A stretch of 64,000 nt of DNA from a virus (Duplodnaviria; Caudoviricetes): positions 1,075 through 65,074 of IMG/VR virus record IMGVR_UViG_3300010153_000003; one strand, 5' to 3'. The notes under the pieces are model-generated. The model ran no database searches. It was given only the letters and a program-made list of their open reading frames with translations, and was not told where the DNA came from. Shown piece by piece: positions 27,754 through 38,391 of this stretch (its first letter is position 1; every line of letters begins with the position of its first letter). The translations under genes were made by a program, and so were the position numbers.

Positions 27754-29748
27754 ATGAGTTCTGCAACGAAATCAATTTTAGACACTGCTTATCCGGAAAG
27801 ACTATGGTCAAAAAACCTAGCCGTTATTTTAAGATGGATAGATGGTGATAAGTTACTTAAAATGAAAGACAAGGAGATATATTTTCTTGATATCGATCAT
27901 CCATACATCAAACCATTTTATGACAAGTTTAATTTAGATATACTTGGCTTAGCATCACAGGCATTGATGATAGCATTGGACACAGTTCACGGTGGAAAAA
28001 AGATAGCAGTATTTCATTTTGCCAATGTTAAAATCAAATTAAAACAAGAGAGCAATATCAAATTACATAGTCTTACTACAGAACATGAAAACAAACCATT
28101 CACATTCAATGCTGTAATATTGGCAGTTGCTAAGAGACAGGCATATCCTTTGACAGGTATGTTTAAATGTCTCATATGTGATCAAGAGGAGAGAGCAGAT
28201 GCAGATAGCAGAAGAGTGTTAAAGGCACCTATGTGTATGAAACCTTCATGCAAAAGAGCAAAGATGGAATTAAAAGAGGGCACTACAACATCACAATTAG
28301 TACAAGATATAGTATTACAAGAACCTATAGAAGAAATTATAGAGAATCAACCAGTAGATGTAGATGCAAAACTAGTAGATATAGATGTAGGCCATACATA
28401 TATGGGACAAAAGAAAAAAATTACAGGCATATTCAGAGTAGATTATGATACAAAAGGCAAACAAAAAGACATCTATATGGATATATTGACAGTTAAGGAC
28501 CTAGAGGATGTGGAAATGATTATGCCAAAGCAACAAGATCTACATGAGTGGATGAACAGAGAAGATGAAGGACTTATAGATGATATCATAGGTTCATTTG
28601 CACCACATATATTTGGTTATAGAAATATTAAATTGGCATTGTTATTGGCCATTGTAAGTAAACGAGGTAGAATTCACGAAAGAAGACGAGGATGGATTAA
28701 TGCATTGCTTGTAGGTGACCCAGGAATGGCAAAATCAATGTTACTTGAAGAAGTTCAAAAGGTCACACAGAAAAGCACGTTTACCACCGGAAAAGGAAGT
28801 ACTGCAGCAGGACTTACTGCAGGAATGGTGAAGAGAGATAATGGAACCAGTGTGTTGCAGGCTGGTACATATCCTCTTTCCCACCGTGGTGTAGCAGTTG
28901 TAGACGAATTTGATAAAATGAATAAAGAAGACATGGGTATCATGCACGAAGTTATGGAACAAGGAAAGGTATCACGTTCCGTTGCTGGAAAAAATGTCAG
29001 TTTGCCAGCAGTTGCCGTAACACTTGCAGCAGCAAACCCCCGATTCGGTAATTATGATGACTCTTTGACATTGATGGAGAACATAGATCTACCTACACCT
29101 ATTCTAACAAGATTTGATTTGATATTTCTTATCAAAGACAAGGTAGACTCTATAATGGACTCAAAGAAATCAGATAAAGTATTGCAGGACTTTGGAGATA
29201 TTACAGAAGAAAAAGATACATATATGTCAACAAAACAACTTACGTCATACCTTAACTATGTCCAGTCTCTGGATGTAGAATTGACAGTTGAAGCACAGCA
29301 AAAATTGAAAAAAATATACGAGAAACTTAGAAATATATCAAAAGAGAATAACAGCGTGCCAGTTACACCAAGAACTTTGGAATCATTGGCCCGACTTTCC
29401 ATATCACACGCAAAGTTATTGTTCAAAAACAAGGCTGATGAGTCAGATGTATTGGCAGTATATGAGTTGTTTAAAGAGAGTTACCATTCATTTGGTAAGA
29501 ACCTGGAAGACAGTGGTTCACAAATTACTTTAGCAAAATCTGAAAAATTAAACAAAGAACAACAATTCACAAAGGCATGGAAGAAATGTGAGAATGATAA
29601 AAAATATGTTGACGAAAAAGATTTGTATGAACTGTTAGAATTGGAATACTCTTGGGAAAGAAAACAAAGTATGAACAAATTCAACCAGATGTATGGCGGT
29701 GGTATTATTAGAAAATGTGCCAACGGAAGATACAGGATGAATGAATAG
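27754..29748 (+). CDS. mcm: MCM replicative helicase
   Basis: Zn finger, GDPGMAKS, GLTA, VDEFDKM, AAANP, TRFDL, TPRTLESL. Confidence 0.95.
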   Translation: MSSATKSILDTAYPERLWSKNLAVILRWIDGDKLLKMKDKEIYFLDIDHPYIKPFYDKFNLDILGLASQALMIALDTVHGGKKIAVFHFANVKIKLKQESNIKLHSLTTEHENKPFTFNAVILAVAKRQAYPLTGMFKCLICDQEERADADSRRVLKAPMCMKPSCKRAKMELKEGTTTSQLVQDIVLQEPIEEIIENQPVDVDAKLVDIDVGHTYMGQKKKITGIFRVDYDTKGKQKDIYMDILTVKDLEDVEMIMPKQQDLHEWMNREDEGLIDDIIGSFAPHIFGYRNIKLALLLAIVSKRGRIHERRRGWINALLVGDPGMAKSMLLEEVQKVTQKSTFTTGKGSTAAGLTAGMVKRDNGTSVLQAGTYPLSHRGVAVVDEFDKMNKEDMGIMHEVMEQGKVSRSVAGKNVSLPAVAVTLAAANPRFGNYDDSLTLMENIDLPTPILTRFDLIFLIKDKVDSIMDSKKSDKVLQDFGDITEEKDTYMSTKQLTSYLNYVQSLDVELTVEAQQKLKKIYEKLRNISKENNSVPVTPRTLESLARLSISHAKLLFKNKADESDVLAVYELFKESYHSFGKNLEDSGSQITLAKSEKLNKEQQFTKAWKKCENDKKYVDEKDLYELLELEYSWERKQSMNKFNQMYGGGIIRKCANGRYRMNE

Positions 29749-29754
29749 GTTTAT

Positions 29755-30843
29755 ATGTCGAACAGGTGTAATAGTACCATGAGTGAAGAAGAAAATATAA
29801 CAACTGAAGTTTTGGAGATACCAAAAACTAAAGCAAAAAAAGTTAAACAGGATAAAGAAAATCCAACATCAATTTATTTAAAAGACTATGTTGGTTCCGG
29901 TGCAGGTCTAGGTGAACTGTCATACAAAAAGCTTTCAGCAGTAGGAATTACTACCGTGTATGACGTGCTTATTAGAGGCAGCAATGAGATCAGAGCATAT
30001 ACCGAGATGGAAGACGCAAGACTTCACAACTTGTTAGTTATATGCAAAAAAGTATTGGAGACCAACAAAAGAACACGCAGTCCAAAACTAAAAATTTCTG
30101 AGCTTAGAAAATACAGAGCAAATATGACAAAAGTACCATGTGGCAATAAAGAACTGGATGAGATGTTAGGTGGTGGTATTGAGCTAGAAGCACTTACAGA
30201 GGTGTACGGTGCATTTGCTTCAGGCAAAACACAGTTCTGTTACTCTACTCTAGTAGAGGCCATGTTTAAACATAAATGGAAGGCTGTATGGATTGACTGT
30301 GAAGACACTTTCGATCCTGAAAGATTACATCAGATTATAAAGGCAAGAGGATATGCAGATGACATGTCAGAAGATGAAATAGATGAATTCATAGATCAGA
30401 ACTTGCAATATACACACACTCCAAACACCGATACAGTTGTAGAGGAAGTACAAAATCTCAGCGCAAAATTAGTAGAAGATGAGTCAATAAAACTTATCAT
30501 TATAGACGGTGCAACAGGCCAGTTTAGGGAAGAATATCTTGGCAGGGGAACTCTAGCTTCAAGACAACAAAATCTAGCAAAGTTTATGGGAGTACTAAAA
30601 AATAGTGCATACTTCTTCAATGTAGCAGTACTAATGACCAACCAAGTATTGACAAACCCAGCACAACAGTACGGAGATCCTATTGTGCCAGTAGGTGGAC
30701 ACATAGTAGGCCATGCAAGTACATATCGTCTATACTTTAAGAAAGCAGGGAAAAAACGTTACGCCACTGCAATAGACAGTCCAAAACAAGCAGTGTTTGA
30801 CTGTGAGTTTGTATTAACTGACAAAGGTATCGACAACCCTTAA
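29755..30843 (+). CDS. radA: RadA recombinase
   Basis: LDEMLGGGIE, GAFASGKTQ, EYLGRGTLASRQQ, TNQV, GGHIVGHAST; true start may be ATG at 29779. Confidence 0.95.
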   Translation: MSNRCNSTMSEEENITTEVLEIPKTKAKKVKQDKENPTSIYLKDYVGSGAGLGELSYKKLSAVGITTVYDVLIRGSNEIRAYTEMEDARLHNLLVICKKVLETNKRTRSPKLKISELRKYRANMTKVPCGNKELDEMLGGGIELEALTEVYGAFASGKTQFCYSTLVEAMFKHKWKAVWIDCEDTFDPERLHQIIKARGYADDMSEDEIDEFIDQNLQYTHTPNTDTVVEEVQNLSAKLVEDESIKLIIIDGATGQFREEYLGRGTLASRQQNLAKFMGVLKNSAYFFNVAVLMTNQVLTNPAQQYGDPIVPVGGHIVGHASTYRLYFKKAGKKRYATAIDSPKQAVFDCEFVLTDKGIDNP

Positions 30844-30868
30844 TTAGGAGGAACACCCTCCCTTATAT

Positions 30869-31258
30869 ATGGGAGCAGTTACTGCAAAAAAACCTAGGAC
30901 CAAATCTAATAACAGAGCAAAGATGCGATCAAGCAACAAGGTCGCGATTGAATACTTAATAAAAATGGGCTATACTGATATCACTTTAAGGACTCATTGT
31001 AGACATAAAGATATGGTGTACAACAAGGATAAAATATACAGAGCCACAGACTACTGGAACCTGTTTGACGGTATGGGTTTTAACTCAAAGGGGAAACTAA
31101 TATTTCTACAATTCAAAACAAATGCATTTCCACCTAGCGCACCTATAATATCATTCTGTAAGCAGTATAAACAAAAGGCCCTATCTGTAAATGTAAAAAC
31201 TAAAATAAGAGGAAAACCAACTATACTTGTAAGGGAATATGACGAAAAAACAACATGA
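30869..31258 (+). CDS. PD-(D/E)XK nuclease, Holliday junction resolvase-like
   Basis: YL..MGY, D.WNLFDG...IFLQFKTN. Confidence 0.6.
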   Translation: MGAVTAKKPRTKSNNRAKMRSSNKVAIEYLIKMGYTDITLRTHCRHKDMVYNKDKIYRATDYWNLFDGMGFNSKGKLIFLQFKTNAFPPSAPIISFCKQYKQKALSVNVKTKIRGKPTILVREYDEKTT

Positions 31259-31704
31259 CTGCTGCACCTGCAAAAAAAAGGCTAAAGAATATGAAAAATA
31301 TATGGACCTGTTATCAGATGGATGAGATTATTGGGCAGGGGGAACGCCTAGCATTAAAAATATTATCAGAAATATATCCAAAGGCAATACTAGCCAAACA
31401 AGTACCTTTAAGAGAGTTATTATTTGAAGAATATAGAGATGATATGGGTGAAAGAGCAAAAAAAGAAACAATAGACATAGTAATATTTGACGAGTATGAC
31501 ACAATAGCAGTGAGAGTACAAGATGACAGGCATAAAACAAAAAATTTTGGCATCATAGATCAAAGACAAAAATACGACTTAGAAAATAGTGGAGTAATTG
31601 TCATAGATATATGGAAATCTGATGCACCATATCTATTTAAAGAAAAAAATATAGAAAAATCTACTGAAGAAATAAAAAAAATATTTTCTGATTATTTAGA
31701 ATAA
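31255..31704 (+). CDS. Vsr/DUF559-like endonuclease
   Basis: GE....IL, IDIVI...AVRVQ..RH...D......L..SG..VIDIW. Confidence 0.6.
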   Translation: MTAAPAKKRLKNMKNIWTCYQMDEIIGQGERLALKILSEIYPKAILAKQVPLRELLFEEYRDDMGERAKKETIDIVIFDEYDTIAVRVQDDRHKTKNFGIIDQRQKYDLENSGVIVIDIWKSDAPYLFKEKNIEKSTEEIKKIFSDYLE

Positions 31705-31717
31705 AAAAAATGCCTTC

Positions 31718-31975
31718 CTATTTATACATATTAGGATCGGCTTCTTTGTGTTCTTCCTCGCCATGAGGAGATAGAGCTGCGACTATGCCTATATGATCCA
31801 CTTTTTTGCGTAACATCATAAGCAGGATCTCCATCTCAAATATGGTTAAATGATCTGATTCGTCGTATTTTGCCAACATCTCATCAACGTCGTCAAACAT
31901 CTTACTAACTAGGTCAAATCTTGGAGGTGGTAGTTCATTTTCGACTACTTCTGCTTTAAGTTCTTCTTCTGCCAT
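31718..31975 (-). CDS. Hypothetical acidic protein
   Basis: ORF with TATA upstream and a T-run downstream. Confidence 0.55.
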   Translation of the reverse strand: MAEEELKAEVVENELPPPRFDLVSKMFDDVDEMLAKYDESDHLTIFEMEILLMMLRKKVDHIGIVAALSPHGEEEHKEADPNMYK

Positions 31976-32108
31976 GACTTATATAATAACAGAAGTCTAA
32001 TTTAAATGTTTAGAAAAAATCAGTAGTCAGGCTCATAATCCACATCTGCCTCAGTTTCAAACTCCTCATCACAATGAGGACATTGAACTAGAACACGTGC
32101 TGTGAACT

Positions 32109-32528
32109 CTAAACCCAACTTTCTGTCTCCATGACTTTTAACATAGTAGTTGCCCCACTACGTTTGGCTTGTCCTTCGGAATTGTTGAATTCCACTTCAA
32201 TCCTTACAGGATATCCATGTTCGTCAAACAAATCCATATGCCATTTCTTTACATTCTTTGCTCTGCCTTTAGAATCAGTAACCACTACGGGTTTGCCTGA
32301 TTTCTTATCGGCTTTACAATAATGTATTGTTTTTGTACATTTCATATCGAAACCTCTCATTACTAAATCCTTATCCACATTCAGCATATTAATTTTGGTG
32401 TGATCAATATTGTCAATTAAATCATATGATTTTTGACAAACGCATGGTCTACATATATTTCTCCTTGTATGTAACTGTGGTATAAATACTTCACAATATT
32501 TACATTTATTATTTCTTATTTTTATCAT
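32109..32528 (-). CDS. Hypothetical protein with N-terminal CxxC pairs
   Basis: CKYC...CRPC; in the minus-strand gene run. Confidence 0.5.
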   Translation of the reverse strand: MIKIRNNKCKYCEVFIPQLHTRRNICRPCVCQKSYDLIDNIDHTKINMLNVDKDLVMRGFDMKCTKTIHYCKADKKSGKPVVVTDSKGRAKNVKKWHMDLFDEHGYPVRIEVEFNNSEGQAKRSGATTMLKVMETESWV

Positions 32529-32797
32529 TCTAAATCATCATTAGGAACTTGTATATCATCTAAAACACTATCATAACACTCTATATCATGCGACCTAAGT
32601 TCTCTACATGGTCTACATGTATCTTCTCTTTGAACATTCATATGCATACTTTGTGGCATAATTGCATAACAATCCCTACATTTCATTTGTTTCTATCGGT
32701 GTGCATATGTGTCCGTCACTCCAGCTAATTCCACTAGGTGTTCCATGATCGCTGTAATATTCTTGACCACATTCACACTTGTAATATTTTAATTCAT

Positions 32798-32998
32798 TCA
32801 TGGTATTATTACATCTCCATGTTTATCACAGAAACCTACCCATGTGAATTTATTACATTCACAATCTATGCACTCCCCATGACCTTTTTGAAAATTAGGC
32901 TTGTGGGAATTGACTATATCCATGCTACTGCCACCAAAATGACCACATGAACACATCTCAAACGTTGCTTTGTCCATATCTATTTTATATTCGTTCAT
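32798..32998 (-). CDS. Small Cys/His-rich protein
   Basis: CSCGH...H...C..C.C..F. Confidence 0.5.
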   Translation of the reverse strand: MNEYKIDMDKATFEMCSCGHFGGSSMDIVNSHKPNFQKGHGECIDCECNKFTWVGFCDKHGDVIIP

Positions 32999-33117
32999 TT
33001 ATATTTCATCTCTATTCCTTCTCATCTTGTAAAGTTGATGACATGGCATACATTGGCTTATACCACCATGACTTATGACTATAAGGCTAGGCACAAATGT
33101 TTTACAATCTCTACATA

Positions 33118-33378
33118 TCATTTCTTATATTTCTTTTTAAGCAGGGAATACATTATCATTCCTACATTAACAATACTAACAATCTCTATAAGGTCAACGC
33201 CATAAAGAAGCCAATCCAATACAGGATGGACACGACTAATAATACCTGCTTCAAGCATAATATCAGCGTTCCATACCATATGAGGTATCTGTATGAATTG
33301 TATTATGGCTATTAATATGACAGATCCTAGTATCTTGTTTTCATACCAATTCCAAAATTTATTCCACATATTCATCAT
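33118..33378 (-). CDS. Small two-helix membrane protein
   Basis: Two hydrophobic segments and a basic C-terminus. Confidence 0.55.
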   Translation of the reverse strand: MMNMWNKFWNWYENKILGSVILIAIIQFIQIPHMVWNADIMLEAGIISRVHPVLDWLLYGVDLIEIVSIVNVGMIMYSLLKKKYKK

Positions 33379-33411
33379 AATCTTTAAAGGTTAAATAACT
33401 AATATAAGTAT

Positions 33412-33681
33412 ATGTACATGGACTTTAGGCTACACGACGACCGTGACTCCAAAGAACACGGTGTTACACTATTTGAAGGCAAGGGTAGAATATTGGTGTA
33501 TTTAAACCACCATGAAAACATAGAGGATATATATTCAACTATTCAGCACGAATGTATTCATTGGTGTCTAGGCAAATATAACCATGTTGAGATTGACGAC
33601 TACCAAGAACATGACCTAATTTTCAGGACTATGTGGGCTAATGACTATATTCCAGATGAATATGATACCCATACCTATTAA
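33412..33681 (+). CDS. Minimal HExxH (zincin-like) protein
   Basis: STIQHECIH...EH. Confidence 0.5.
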   Translation: MYMDFRLHDDRDSKEHGVTLFEGKGRILVYLNHHENIEDIYSTIQHECIHWCLGKYNHVEIDDYQEHDLIFRTMWANDYIPDEYDTHTY

Positions 33682-33731
33682 GAAAGCAAAAGGATAGATA
33701 AGTATGGATAAGGAACGACTAAGTAATCCCC

Positions 33732-34058
33732 TTAAACTCGCCATTCTTGTGTCGCCTCCATAACTTGATCTATCGTTTCATTGACCATTCTACTAGATAC
33801 CACATCATTCATGTCTATATAACCATGAAGTAAATGTTCGTGATCTCTTATTGCACGTTTTATTTCTATTTTAGCTTCCATGAATCTTTCTTGTAGATTA
33901 ATATCTTTTGGATCTTTTTTTAATCTTGTTTGCAATTCTGTGGCTAGATCACATATACATAATAAGATTGATCTTCTCTCATACAAGTTTTCTCGTAACT
34001 CGAAGTTTTTTACATCATCTTGTGCTTTCTTGTGTATGTCATCAAATGGATTATTCAA
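33732..34058 (-). CDS. Hypothetical protein
   Basis: ORF in the minus-strand run. Confidence 0.45.
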   Translation of the reverse strand: MNNPFDDIHKKAQDDVKNFELRENLYERRSILLCICDLATELQTRLKKDPKDINLQERFMEAKIEIKRAIRDHEHLLHGYIDMNDVVSSRMVNETIDQVMEATQEWRV

Positions 34059-34208
34059 TGTCTTTCTCCATTTTTCTACGAATTTCGTGCAACTCGTCTA
34101 TTGGAAAGGTTGAAGATCTTTCTTTACCCAAAGAACGTGGGGTAAATAGAGTGAACAACCTATCCCTTAATCTTGTAATTGTTTTAAAACTGTTCATTAA
34201 AAAAGGGG

Positions 34209-34484
34209 TTAAATGGGTTTAGCCAATATTGGCACTCCCATTATGTTGAGAATAGATTCAGCGTCTACTCTAAATTTATTCTCGATTCTCCCATTGTTGT
34301 CAATGGTAAAAGTAAATCCATTACCAACTACATCATAGGCAATTTGTAGTAACGGTTTGCCTTGTTTGTAGTGAGTAGATTTTCTACTTCTATTTGACTT
34401 TCTTGTAGTGGTTGATCCTACAAGTTTGGCAGATTTAACTGCCTTTTTCTTGCTAGATTTACTAGCGATTTTTGTCTTTGACAT
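34209..34484 (-). CDS. Basic hypothetical protein
   Basis: Lys/Ser-rich N-terminus; overlaps the upstream gene. Confidence 0.45.
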   Translation of the reverse strand: MSKTKIASKSSKKKAVKSAKLVGSTTTRKSNRSRKSTHYKQGKPLLQIAYDVVGNGFTFTIDNNGRIENKFRVDAESILNIMGVPILAKPI

Positions 34485-34719
34485 TATCTAAATCCAACTT
34501 TAATACATTTTGTGCATTATATCTAAGTTGGTCGAACTTTTTATCGTTCTCGAATCCTGTCCACCAATTTTGTTTGCAATCCAATGATTTTTCTTTCTCT
34601 TGGTGGTCTATAAGTTCTTGGTCGCCATAAGAACCATAGTATTCAAAGTTGTTTTCACATTCACTTTTTCCGTGAACTGACCATCTGCCTTTACATCTGA
34701 TTAGATGTTTGGGTTTCAT
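34462..34719 (-). CDS. Hypothetical protein
   Basis: ORF in the minus-strand run. Confidence 0.45.
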   Translation of the reverse strand: MKPKHLIRCKGRWSVHGKSECENNFEYYGSYGDQELIDHQEKEKSLDCKQNWWTGFENDKKFDQLRYNAQNVLKLDLDNVKDKNR

Positions 34720-34891
34720 TGTCTATTTTTCAACTCCACTAGCATCCATAGCCAACGTGCCAATTTGTCATCATGCCATGATTCTAACTCATCTTGAGTT
34801 TCTCTATGCATTGGAATGAATCTGACATCTTTCTCCAGATTCATTATGTCTTTGATGATTTTGTTTCTTGTGTTGTTATTTGTGTTCATTA

Positions 34892-36793
34892 TTAATTCCT
34901 CATCTGTCTAATAACTACATCTCGGAATTTCTTAATAACTGTTTTCTCAGTATCTTCCATGTCCATTGTGGTTATGTAACCTGATTTGCCAAACATTGTT
35001 TCCATTGAATCATCTCGACCTTCTTGTCTTCTACTAGACCTCATACCTATACCGATACCGAACACATTAACGTTCTTCTTTCTAGCCTGATTAACGTGTT
35101 TCCTGACTTGCTGTTCAGGTGTCAAGTTGGGTTCACTACTACTATTTGGATAACCATCAGTACATACAATGAGTAGTTTCTTCTTACCTTTCATACCTGC
35201 TAGTTTCTCAAGGGAGAAATTAACACCATTAGGAGTAGGAGTGCCACCACCAAATATACCATTTGTTTGAATTGCACTTAGGTCTTTACGATCAGCAACT
35301 TCACATGCAGAAGTATAAGTTTCTGTGCCTGACCAAACTACACCTTTAAGTTTGACATTATTTATTCCCTCTATTGACTTGAATAATACTGCCATCATGT
35401 TTCTTGCTATACTTATTGGTTTGCCTGACATTGATCCAGAGGCGTCTATTGACACTACAACTGCCAAACTGTCATTAGGAACTGACTTGATATGTATATC
35501 GCCATAACCTCTTGACTTTCTTCTGATTACAGCAGGTATTGATATATTATCTCCTGTATCTGCTATTTTTGGTTTGCTTCTAGCCTGAAGTAATTTGAAT
35601 ATTTTGTTGAGTTGCCTAGCAATCCTCATGTTTTTATATTCTTCGTTATAATCATAGTTAGGGAATCTTTCAGTTCCCTTATACTCTCTTATTCTATCGT
35701 CGCTGTTATCAGAATTGCCTCTACTTTGTCTTGCATCTTCTTCAATTTTCTTTCTGATCGCTTTGATTTTCTCTTGAGCAGAATGTTTTGATTGATCTAG
35801 TTGCTTCTCAATGTCTTTCTTGTTTTTACTGTTGAAATCCTTCATCTTTTCTCTCATATCTTGTTCTGTTTCTTCTTCGAGTTCTTTCTTATTGGTTAGT
35901 TCTCTATGATCACATTTACGATTCTCTTTGAATTGCTTCTTGAATAATGCATCAAGTTTAGGTTTTGATGTTATTGGCTTTTTTGGATCACTAGCTCCAC
36001 CTTGTGGATTCATTCCATTGAACTGCTTCTTTAACCAAGGATTTACAGTAGTCTTTATGTAGTGTTTTGCTAATAATATACTAGCGTCATTATCTCGTTT
36101 TTGTATCTTGTCAATCACATATTTAGCGTCGCCAAACGTTCTTGTTACACAATCATTTCTAAACTCTCTAGCACAATGTAACGCTTCGATAGGATTCTTT
36201 GCCTTGTGGGATTCTGGTTTGAGTTTGCCCATACGCTTTCTTGCCTGAACAAATCGTTTGCCCGTTCCAAGATAGATAGCTCCCATTAGTGATTCTACTC
36301 TATGGTCTTCAATTATATTGAATACTGACCTATATATTTCAAGTGCTTTGTCTTGGTGTCCTTTAGGTATTTCTGATAGTTCTTCGTTAATATGTAAGTT
36401 AAACATATTATTGAAACTGTCAAACGCATAATGACCTAATTCATGGTTAAATGCAGTATATCTATTTAAACCTGCAACGGGTTTCTTAGGTATATTTATG
36501 ATAAACTTGGGTTTGCTTCCACCCTCGTTTGCCTGAAAGATGTAATTCTCGCCATCTTGTTCCGTTACTTGTATATCTACACCTTTAACAGCACTAAATA
36601 TGGATTTGGTTTTATCACATAGAGAGGAAAAGGATAAGACGGGTTTTCCATCTACCCAATCTACTTGTCCTATCTTTTCTGGGTTTTCAGAATAATCGAC
36701 ATCTGATTGACTATAATCGACTTCTGGTATATAATCCCAGATTTCTTCATCTCCATACAACTCGCCATCTGTATTTGTCTTATCTATTTCCAT
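34892..36793 (-). CDS. vWA-domain protein with N-terminal HExxH domain (CobT/NorD-like MoxR partner)
   Basis: NHELGH...FNIIEDHRVE; MIDAS DASGSM, GGTPT, TDGYP. Confidence 0.85.
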   Translation of the reverse strand: MEIDKTNTDGELYGDEEIWDYIPEVDYSQSDVDYSENPEKIGQVDWVDGKPVLSFSSLCDKTKSIFSAVKGVDIQVTEQDGENYIFQANEGGSKPKFIINIPKKPVAGLNRYTAFNHELGHYAFDSFNNMFNLHINEELSEIPKGHQDKALEIYRSVFNIIEDHRVESLMGAIYLGTGKRFVQARKRMGKLKPESHKAKNPIEALHCAREFRNDCVTRTFGDAKYVIDKIQKRDNDASILLAKHYIKTTVNPWLKKQFNGMNPQGGASDPKKPITSKPKLDALFKKQFKENRKCDHRELTNKKELEEETEQDMREKMKDFNSKNKKDIEKQLDQSKHSAQEKIKAIRKKIEEDARQSRGNSDNSDDRIREYKGTERFPNYDYNEEYKNMRIARQLNKIFKLLQARSKPKIADTGDNISIPAVIRRKSRGYGDIHIKSVPNDSLAVVVSIDASGSMSGKPISIARNMMAVLFKSIEGINNVKLKGVVWSGTETYTSACEVADRKDLSAIQTNGIFGGGTPTPNGVNFSLEKLAGMKGKKKLLIVCTDGYPNSSSEPNLTPEQQVRKHVNQARKKNVNVFGIGIGMRSSRRQEGRDDSMETMFGKSGYITTMDMEDTEKTVIKKFRDVVIRQMRN

Positions 36794-36816
36794 ATCTATG
36801 TTCCTCTTTCCTAGTG

Positions 36817-37713
36817 TTATACGTTCACTCCAAACGTGTCTTGAGCTCTTGATCTCACTACTTCTCGTTCTTCAGCGTCAGCATATTTGATTAACAAACC
36901 ACATTCAATGGCATTAATCAAACATTCATCTGGAGATAGTTTCATTGTTAGGAACGATCTGTATAGTTTCGTAAACAATGCTATATCTCTTACAGATATA
37001 ACGTAATCAATCTTGGATTCTTTCTTCATAGACAACGTATCAACTGCCAATGACAACAAAGGTTGTTGTATGTTATCTTCGTCAATATCTGTCCAATCGA
37101 TTACTTGTGCTATCTGGTCGCTTGTAGGGTATTCAATTACCTTTCCAACGAATCTTGATCTCAAATCCTCGTTCAATGGATTGACACCTGAATAATAGCT
37201 TGGATTTTGTGTTGCAATAATGGTAAACTTCACACCATCATCTAAAGCATATCTCTCGTTATTGACATATATGCAACGTCTATCATCTATTACAGGATTC
37301 AACATTTTCTGTATCTCTGGATCTAATGCGTTCAATTCGTCAAGATACAAAACTCCTCGCTTGTTCTTTGACTTGTTAGCACATAATATCGCAGTAGGCA
37401 ACACGCCTAGTTGAAATACCGAATCCCCGTTATAGAGATGTTCACGACCTAATATGTCGCCCATTGTAGTTCCTGAACTACAACTGAATGTAACTAACGA
37501 TGTATCGGTTTTTGCACAGGCTTCTGTAACTGCCATAGTTTTACCGACACCTTTCTCTCCTTCCATGAGAAAAGGTAACCCGTTCTCTATTGCATTTTCC
37601 AGCATAGAGAGTTCGTTACTCATCTCAATGTATTTGCCAAATCTAATTGGCTTGTAGAGGTCGAAATTTACGGGAACAGTAGGAATCTGTCCTTCGATTT
37701 CTTTTCTACTCAT
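36817..37713 (-). CDS. MoxR-family AAA+ ATPase (CbbQ/NorQ/CobS-like)
   Basis: GEKGVGKT, LYLDELN, ATQNP.Y.G...LNEDLRSRF. Confidence 0.9.
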   Translation of the reverse strand: MSRKEIEGQIPTVPVNFDLYKPIRFGKYIEMSNELSMLENAIENGLPFLMEGEKGVGKTMAVTEACAKTDTSLVTFSCSSGTTMGDILGREHLYNGDSVFQLGVLPTAILCANKSKNKRGVLYLDELNALDPEIQKMLNPVIDDRRCIYVNNERYALDDGVKFTIIATQNPSYYSGVNPLNEDLRSRFVGKVIEYPTSDQIAQVIDWTDIDEDNIQQPLLSLAVDTLSMKKESKIDYVISVRDIALFTKLYRSFLTMKLSPDECLINAIECGLLIKYADAEEREVVRSRAQDTFGVNV

Positions 37714-37788
37714 AACAACTCTCCGAATATCATGGTTTGTATAGCAAAAAATGCCATGACGAGTGTTGTCGTATTGAATGTATTTACG

Positions 37789-38391
37789 CTATTCATTATA
37801 AGTTTTGTAAAGTAATTCTCTCATACCCTTATCTTTTAGTTTAAATAGAGAACTTCTATCAATATAATTCCTAGAATGTCCAACATGATGACTATGATTC
37901 TCATCTGTCTTATCGCTTCCAAAGTCAGAATCTGTCCAATTATTGTGCATATCAGCACAAGTTTCTGGACTATAATTGAAGTTACATGTACTTTCTGAAC
38001 ATGTCCACATATAGCTGTCTTTATTCCATATTACAGAATTACGACATAATGGACAAGTATAGTCTTGAGGTTCGAAGTTAGATTGATATATACGTCTACT
38101 AGAAACTATGTTGTTTTTAGTGCCTAATTTGTTTATTTTTACTGTGAACAAGTCATGAGCAAATGAACTTTCCAAATCAATCGCTTCTTCTCGACCACCA
38201 AATGTGATCTCATACTCATATTTTTTAGTCCACCCATGTGGTCTTAGCCTAATTGATATAGGCACGTTGTTATTGTCATCTCCTGTTTGTCGATACCAAT
38301 AACCTTTCTCATTCCAACCAACGCCTCTACCTCTAACTAACACATCTGGTCGATAGGAGCTGGTAAAGTTATTATGTTTTATTTTTTGCAT
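37789..38391 (-). CDS. Hypothetical protein with zinc ribbon
   Basis: CPLC...C....C. Confidence 0.5.
   Translation of the reverse strand: MQKIKHNNFTSSYRPDVLVRGRGVGWNEKGYWYRQTGDDNNNVPISIRLRPHGWTKKYEYEITFGGREEAIDLESSFAHDLFTVKINKLGTKNNIVSSRRIYQSNFEPQDYTCPLCRNSVIWNKDSYMWTCSESTCNFNYSPETCADMHNNWTDSDFGSDKTDENHSHHVGHSRNYIDRSSLFKLKDKGMRELLYKTYNE

Noticed and set aside
34892-37713. Cobalamin biosynthesis (cobS/cobT) auxiliary metabolic genes
   Set aside because: No cobN or other cob genes are present; the motifs only support a generic MoxR/vWA pair.
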